A stretch of DNA of 64,000 nt from Eledone cirrhosa (taxonomy: Eukaryota): assembly GCA_964016885.1 (NCBI GenBank), contig OZ024741.1:272614001-272678000 (forward strand). The letters run 5' to 3'. A model generated the notes under the pieces. The model was not told where the DNA came from. It saw nothing but the letters and a program-made list of their open reading frames with translations, and searched no databases. The position numbers and the translations under genes were made by a program. Below are positions 56,484 to 64,000 of the stretch, in pieces; the first letter of the stretch is position 1; every line of letters begins with the position of its first letter.

Positions 56484-57066
56484 ATAAACAGGTTTTAATT
56501 TTTGACGTCTCTTATCAACTGTGTACCTAAAACGTTATAACAGATTATAAAACTTTAATAATGTTTTATTTTCTATTCATTTATGATAGAATTAATGTTA
56601 GATTAAAGGGTCCTGTTTAGGTATATAAACATATTATTTGTTAACATGTTCTCTTGATGAATATGCACATCTTTGGATTATTTTACATATATATAATTTA
56701 GATTGGGATCCTTATATATTGTTTTTGTTTTAAATATATAATTTGGATATATAACTTATAAGATTACCGGTTATAATTGAACCGTAAATCATTCATGCAT
56801 TTATATATTTTTACTCATTTTGAGTATGTTTTAGGATTCAGAAAGTTAGATTTGTACATTTTAATTTTTTTTATATATATTTAGGTATAAATGTCACAAA
56901 TGATGCTAGTCGACAAATAATGGTCTTTCTTTCCACTGAACTGGATGTAAAACTACAATTATAACATTACTAATAATGATTGTAATTATTTATTTATTAT
57001 ATGTATATCGTTTCACTAATACCTATAATACTCTCTATATATTTGAACAAATCTGTTTATCTAGTA

Positions 57067-58330
57067 CTAGCATTAAAGCCCGGCGTTGCTCGGGGTCATT
57101 AAGTTACCAAAGTTATGTTGCACCACCCATTTTATGGCAGCACTTTTTTGTCTGCCAGGCACTAGGTGAATGAATTGCAGACCTGGAAGCAGGAGCTGCG
57201 CCAGCAGTGACAATTGTAGTTTCGCCTATGGATATTATCTCTGTGCAAAAAAGTGTTGAAATTTATTGTTTCACAGTACTTGCGCAACACGCGCGTAGAC
57301 GATGCCAGCCGAACAACAGAGCTGCGATGGAGTTGTTCAGCATGGTTGTCTGTGTGTTTTCTAAATTTAAGACAGTAGGGAGGGCTGTGATATGGGGGAG
57401 AGTTAGCTGCTGTTTCTAGCAGGTTTAGTAACCTCATAGAGGATATGTGTTTTCTAAATTTAAGACAATAGGGAGTGGTGTGATGTGGGGGAGAGTTAGC
57501 TGCTGTTTCTAGCAGGTTTAGTGACCTCATAGAAGATATGTTTTCTAAATTTAAGACAGTAGGGAGGAGTGTGCTATGGGGGAGAGTTAGCTGCTGTTTC
57601 TAGCAGGTTTAGTGACCTCATAGAGGATATTAGTGTTTATCATTATCTATAAAAGGCAGATTGTTGTTGTTGTTGTGTGTGTGCACATGTTCCATGTTTA
57701 TACATTTGCACAATTTCAAACCGATTCGACTCAAAGTCTGTAAGAATCCACGTTCGTTGAGAGGTTTTAAAAAAGATTTATCGCTTGTTGTTGAATAAAT
57801 GTATCTGTTGCTTTTGAATAATTGTCGTTTCGTATGAAATGTAATAATTGAGCAACTAAAAGTTAGTGTGGTTATAAATAACGCACGTTGTTTAATTGCT
57901 TTAAATGTTTTTTTATCATTTGAAGTGAGTGTGTGTTTGTATGCGTTTGTAACTAAATCAGTAAGTTTGAAGTATAAAAGAGAAAGTAGCAAAATGTGTG
58001 GGTTGTAGATAGAGGTAATCAGATGATATGAGAGAGTAAAACGGACAGTATCACCATCAAGCTTGGAAAGAGAAAGTAGCAGAAAGTATGAAGTTGTATA
58101 GATTTTGAATGGTAGTAGAAAGAGTTTAGCAGTATAAATGAGAGAGAAAAATCGTAAAATATTGAGTTTTATCTATTTTTTGCGTAATTGTGGGTGAAAT
58201 TGAAAAAATTAGATGTGCCAAGACGCAATCGAAGCTATTTCGAATACTGAATTGTAAATTTCAATTGAAGAAATTCTATATCGTAGATTTCTATAACAAA
58301 AGAGCATGTCCACACACTGAGCTTTATAGA
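57067..58330 (-). mobile_element. Non-autonomous Helitron
   Basis: Minus strand starts a|TCTATAAAG and ends CCCGAGCAACGCCGGG hairpin...CTAG|t (insertion between A and T). Confidence 0.72.
57352..57630. repeat. Minisatellite of about 93 bp x3 inside the Helitron
   Basis: TTTTCTAAATTTAAGACA...GGGGAGAGTTAGCTGCTGTTTCTAGCAGGTTTAG repeated three times. Confidence 0.88.
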
Positions 58331-59189
58331 TTATGATAATAACATGCTCCTAGTTACATTCATAAGTAATTTGGATACTTAAATAACTCTCTATTGTTAT
58401 AATTGTTAGATATTTTCTTAATGTTCTAAATTATATAACGATTATTACTTAATTTAATTAATTTATTTTAATTAAATTCGGGTTACCTTCGGGTCATTGA
58501 AATCCTTAGCTCCTCTTTCTATCATCTTCGTGGACACTTTAGAAGTGTTGTTAGTCTACTATATAAATCTTAAAAATAAAAAAATCTCTTGCATTTTAAA
58601 CTATGTTTTTTGACATTGGGCACTTTTATGATCGCAAACAATTCATTATTTTTACTTTTTCACTTTTTATTTTGAATCTAGTCCTTATCCTTAGGATTCA
58701 TGAAGTTTTGACTTGTATATTTATAGTATATATCTATTAAATGATCCTATTATAATAATTCATCTAAAACATTAATTTTAACAATATTATCAGTAACTTA
58801 TTTATTGTATTGTATTATGTTATGTCTAATTGAGAGGTATAATCTTAATCTTTAGACAATATAATCTTTGTGTATTTTTTTGATAAACGCATATATATAA
58901 TTTAATAATCAAACTTTTTAAAGTTTAATTATAAGGCCTGTTGATCCGTTAGGCATTCAAATTGTTAATCTTAAAATTCTTTAAAAATTATCACTGTAAT
59001 TACTTTCTAAATTATATAATGTAAACTATTTTCAATATAATATAAATAATTTAATATTATATAATAATATAATATATAATTTTTCGAGGGTTTTTATTAG
59101 TAGTTTTCATGACGTTATTATTGTTAATTTTACTGATGTAGTATTAACTTGGATATTTACCATGCGGTATTCTAATTCTATTGTATCTC

Positions 59190-62100
59190 TCTCAGTTATT
59201 TACCATGCGACTCTCAGTTCCTACCTCACAAGTTCCCTCCCCCCACCCCCACACACACCATAGTCTATTCGATCTAGCATGCCATTTCCACTGCTGCTGC
59301 TACTACCTGCCTAACTAACTCTCTCCTCCTCTGGCGCATCCCAACACACCCTGCCATTACCCCACCACCACTGTTCTTCTAGCCCTCAATTTTCCCACCG
59401 TTATGGATGGATGAGCTGAGAATACATTTGAGCAACTCTGAATCAATAGATGAAATATGAATCTGCGAGCTACCAAGCACCCACGTGAAGCGCCAACCCA
59501 GAGACCCTCCCCTACGAGTGTCGACAAATGCCCAAAACTCCGAGTTGGTACCATCAATGTAGGCTCAATGAAAGGAAGAGCAGGCGAAATCGTAGAAATT
59601 CTAGAGCGAAAGGAAGTTGATGTATGCTGTGTGCAAGAGACTAGATGGAGAGGAGGGTCTGCTAGAGTCCTTGTAGGAAAAAGCCAGTGCTACAAATTTT
59701 TCTGGGTGGGAAATGACGATGGGATGGGTGGTGTAGGTATACTATTAGCTGACAAGTGGGTAGATAAAGTAATCTCAGTGTACAGGGTAAATGCAAGAAT
59801 CATTAAACTCAGACTAGTCCTGAATAAGACAATTACCACAATAATATCAGCTTACGCACCCCAATCGGGCTGCCAGACGAACTTAAGGATAGGTTTTACG
59901 AGTCCCTAATACACACTACTGCTCTAACAGACGACAAGGACTTCCTAATCATTGCAGCAGATTTTAACGGACACGTAGGTAAACACTGCGACGGCTTCAA
60001 TAGAGTACATGGAGGCCATGGAGTTGGCACAAGGAATGAGGAAGGATTCAGACTTCTAGAATTCTGCGACGCCAATGACATGTCGATATGTAACACAAAC
60101 TTTAAAAAACCCGACAACCACCTGATCACCTATAGATCAGGGGAGCACTCTAGTCAGTTAGATTTTATCCTCATCAGAGGACGTGACAGATGGACGGTCG
60201 TAAACACAAAAGCCTTCCCTAGTGAGGAATGTACATCCCAACATAGCTTAGTTGTCAGCGACCTCACGGTCAGAACTAGACGAACCCGGAAACAGAGGCC
60301 AACCTGGAGAAGAAAGATCTGGAAGCTGAAAGTCCCCTCAACCAGTAACAGATTTAAAGATATTTTACTCAACGCCTACGACAGTAAAGAAGAACAGATA
60401 GAGACATTTAACGTAGAAGAGAACTGGGAGTTCCTAAAAAATAACTTACTAGAGGCGACGGATGAGGTTTGTGGCTGGAGTAAGACCTCAAGCAGGAGGA
60501 GAGTGACTTGGTGGTGGAACAATAAGGTAGATGAAGCAGTCAAGGCCAAGAGACAGGCATGGAAAGAATGGAAGAACGGGGGGAGCAGGGTACATTACAT
60601 AGAGACCAAGAGGGAAGCTAGGCGACAAGTATACTTAGCTAGGAGGGAAGCAGAGGATAGAAAATTCAAGCATGTTTTACAACGTGAGGACCAGAAACAG
60701 GAGGTATTCAAGATTGCGAGGCAGTGTGTCAGAGATAGTTATGATGTCATTGGAGAGAAGTGTATCCGGAATGATAAAGGTGAGCTTGCCCTCACAAGTG
60801 CTGAGAAGAAAGATGCATGGCAGAGTCATTATGATAGATTACTAAATGAGGAGAATGCATGGGAAGAAGAGACCCTACCCCATGTAGACCCTATAGAGGG
60901 ACCAGCAGTACAAGTCAGCAGCAGCGTAGTAAGTAAGGCAATCAGAGATATGAAGATGGGGAAGGCAACCGGTCCATTGGGTATAGCTGCCGAGATGCTG
61001 AAGGCATCTGGGTCTGTAGGTCACACTATAACCACACGTATCGTTAACCAGGTAATACTAGAAGGGGCCATACCAAAAGATTGGTGCAGTAGCATCATTG
61101 TCAACTGCTACAAAGGTAAAGGCGATGCACTAGATAGAGGAAACTATAGAGGTATAAAGTTGATGGACCAGGTCATGAAAGTAACAGAAAGAGTTATAGC
61201 ACAGCTGATTAGGGACCGGGTGAATATAGACGAGATGCAATTTGGGTTTGTACCAGGGAGAGGTACCACTGATGCCCTCTTCCTTGTGAGGCAATTACAG
61301 GAAAAGTACCTAGCTAAAAGTAAGCCACTCTACTTGGCATTTGTCGACCTTGAGAAAGCCTTTGACAGAGTTCCACGTGCGGTAATCTGGTGGGCTCTTA
61401 GAAAACTAGGAGTGATGAATGGCTTGTGAAAGCGGTACAAGCCATGTATAAGGGAGCAGTCAGCAAAGTTAGGATTAGCAATGAGTATAGCGAGGAATTT
61501 AGCGTACAGGTTGGGGTCCACCAGGGCTCTGTTCTTAGCCCTCTCTTGTTCATCATAGTCCTGCAGGCAATAACGGAGGAGTTTAAGACCGGATGCCCAT
61601 GGGAACTCCTGTATGCTGATGACCTCGCACTCATAGCTGAATCTATGGTAGAACTAGAGAATAAATTCCAAACCTGGAAGCAGGGACTAGAGAGAAAGGG
61701 CCTCAAAGTCAACATGACAAAGACTAAGGTCCTTGTAAGTAGACGAGAAAACAGAACCCAGATCCCCTCAGGGAAATGGCCTTGCTCAGTATGTAGGAAA
61801 GGTGTAGGTAGGAACTCCATTCTCTGCCCCAAATGCAAACAATGGGTACACAAGAGATGTAGCGGGATCTCAGGAAGCTTAATTAAGATTGTAGGATTCA
61901 CATGCAGCAGCTGTGCTGAAACAGCAAGCAAACAACCACAGGAAACAAGTACCACCAATCTCTGGGAGGGCCCTGTAGAAACAGTAGACAGCTTCTGCTA
62001 CCTAGGTGACCGAATTAGCAACGGAGGTGGGTGCTCAGAAAGTACAATAACTAGGGTAAGAACGGGATGGAAGAAGTTTAGGGAACTACTACCACTGCTA

Positions 62101-62883
62101 GCTGCAAAAGGCTTCTCCCTCAGAATGAAAGGCAGACTGTATGATGCGTGTATCCGAACAGCGATGTTGCATGGTAGTGAGACCTGGGCGCTGAAGGTGG
62201 AAGACTTACGTAGATTAGAGAGAAACGAAGCCTGCATGCTCCGATGGATGTGTAACAGTAATATACGTGAACGACAAAGCATAAAGGAATTGAGAGAGAG
62301 ACTGAGCATAAGAGGAATCAAATGCTGCGTGCAGGAGAGGCGGTTACGCTGGTATGGACATGTGATGCGTATGAAGGATGACAGCTGCATAAAAAGGTGC
62401 AGAGCACTAGAAGTTGATGGAAACCGCGGAGTGGGGAGACCCAAGATGACTTGGGATGAGGTGATAAAAGCCGACCTTACCCAACTACACCTTTCAAAGA
62501 CAATGACACACGACCGTGACTTCTGGCGTCACGCAGTAATACAGGGTACCCGACCTCCCATGGGTACATGCTGAAGCATATAAACAATATGCCCCCACTC
62601 CCCCCACCGCAAGGTGGTCGTGGAGGTGCCACGGAAAAAAAAGCGCCCAGCCCACACTGTAAAGTGGACGTGTAGGCGCCACGAAAAAGCACCCAGCACT
62701 CACTGTAAATGAGGTTGGTGTCAGGAAGGGCATCCAGCTGTAGAAATCAAGCCAGATCAGTTCCTGTATGAGCAAGGCATGGTCAGCCGACCAGACACTG
62801 CCCGCAACAGGACAACCCGTCTAACCCATGCTAGCGTGGAAGAACGGACGTAAAACGGTGATGATGATGATGATGATGATGAT
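59190..62883 (+). mobile_element. Near full-length RTE LINE, subfamily B (APE endonuclease + RT + PHD), two frameshifts; 5' boundary approximate
   Basis: APE motifs GTINVG, VQETRW, GVGIL, AYAPQ, DFNGHVG, QLDFIL; RT in ORFs 60080-61429 and 61426-62574; frameshifts near 59870 and 61412; (GAT)n tail. Confidence 0.93.
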
Positions 62884-63541
62884 AATAAATTTAGTAAAGT
62901 TTACCTTCGTGAGGATGTAAAAACATGTTTTCTTTCTCGAGTTTGTAAAGCCTTTAAATTTGATTTTATAAATTAAATATGAAAGTATACTTTAATATTA
63001 ATACAGATATTTATTAACTTTTATAACCTAAAATATTATTCATTACTCTGAACTAACTTAAATTAAATGATTTGAATGTTAACGGTCAACCGTCAACGGT
63101 CAATGTTTGGATATATATTGTATATATAGATAATTATCTAAAGACTTGTTATTAACCTTCATATGAATACACCCAATTATATTTAAAATTTCGATTGATG
63201 AATACTTTTAGATAATTCAATAATTCAATGAATTGAGTTTTTTTTCTTTTTCATAAAGCTAAGCCCAAACGTTGTTCTATATAGAAATATACAATTAATA
63301 TCTCCCTATATATTACACTATAAAAGTTATTCCTCTTTATCTCTCTCTCTGTAATCAACTCTCTTTTGCTTTCTATGCTCCTACTAGCTATATAATCCCC
63401 TCATCTGTTTTTTTCTCTATGCCTTTCTTTTCTTTCCTCTTTCTTTAGTAATTTAAATTATTTGAATCTCTAACAGTTATATTGCTGCTATATATTTTTT
63501 AAGCTTTCTCACACACACCCTCTCTATTATATGTATTATAG

Positions 63542-64000
63542 GGTCTCAAGTCAACATGACAAAGACTAAGGTCCTTGTAAGTAGATGAGAAAACAGAACC
63601 CAGATCCCCTCAGGGAAATGGCCTTGCTCGGTATGTAGGAAAGGTGTAGGTAGGAACTCCATTCTCTGCCCCAAATGCAAACAATGGGTACACAAGAGAT
63701 GTAGCGGGATCTCGGGAAGCTTTATTAAGAATGCAGGCTTCACATGTAGCAGCTGTACTGGGACAGCAAGTAGCAAACAGCCACAGGAAACAAGTACCAC
63801 CAATCTCTGGGAGGGCTCTGTAGAAACAGTAGACAACTTCTGCTACCTAGGTGACCGAATTAGCAGCGGAGGTGGGTGTTCAGAAAGTACAATAACTAGG
63901 GTAAGAATGGGATGGAAGAAGTTCAGGGAACTACTGCCACTGCTAGCTGCAAAAGGCTTTTCCCTCAAAATGAAAGGTAGACTGTATGATGCGTGTATTC
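63542..64000 (+). mobile_element. RTE subfamily B-related 5'-truncated copy running off the window
   Basis: Homologous to 61700-62155; in-frame TGA near 63586. Confidence 0.87.

Noticed and set aside
57352-57630. Regularly spaced repeats resembling a CRISPR array
   Set aside because: Contiguous tandem units with no unique spacers, inside a Helitron in eukaryotic DNA; no cas genes.

Overview
AT-rich eukaryotic (animal) repeat region with no recognisable host gene; the SINE/LINE repertoire suggests an octopod cephalopod (inference). Long degenerate (TA)n tracts are punctuated by islands of mobile DNA. These include about ten RTE-clade LINE copies (three subfamilies, (GAT)n tails, a PHD-type C4HC3 finger inside the RT, one near-full-length copy at 59.2-62.9 kb) and several Penelope-like elements (PLEs): one uninterrupted 786-aa RT + GIY-YIG ORF and five Hydra-type fragments, often in inverted configurations. 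There are also a non-autonomous Helitron, mariner remnants, MITEs and SINEs. The main hidden signal is RNA-level. I read about 21 hammerhead ribozyme (HHR) motifs of about 12 sequence families. They include two ORF-less, circularly permuted HHR repeat families (466 nt and about 510-557 nt units, retrozyme-like) and one candidate non-circularly permuted (pseudoknotted) hammerhead at 53480-53551. All Tyr/Ile-rich ORFs in the track are microsatellite artefacts. All structures were read by eye; none was computed or searched.
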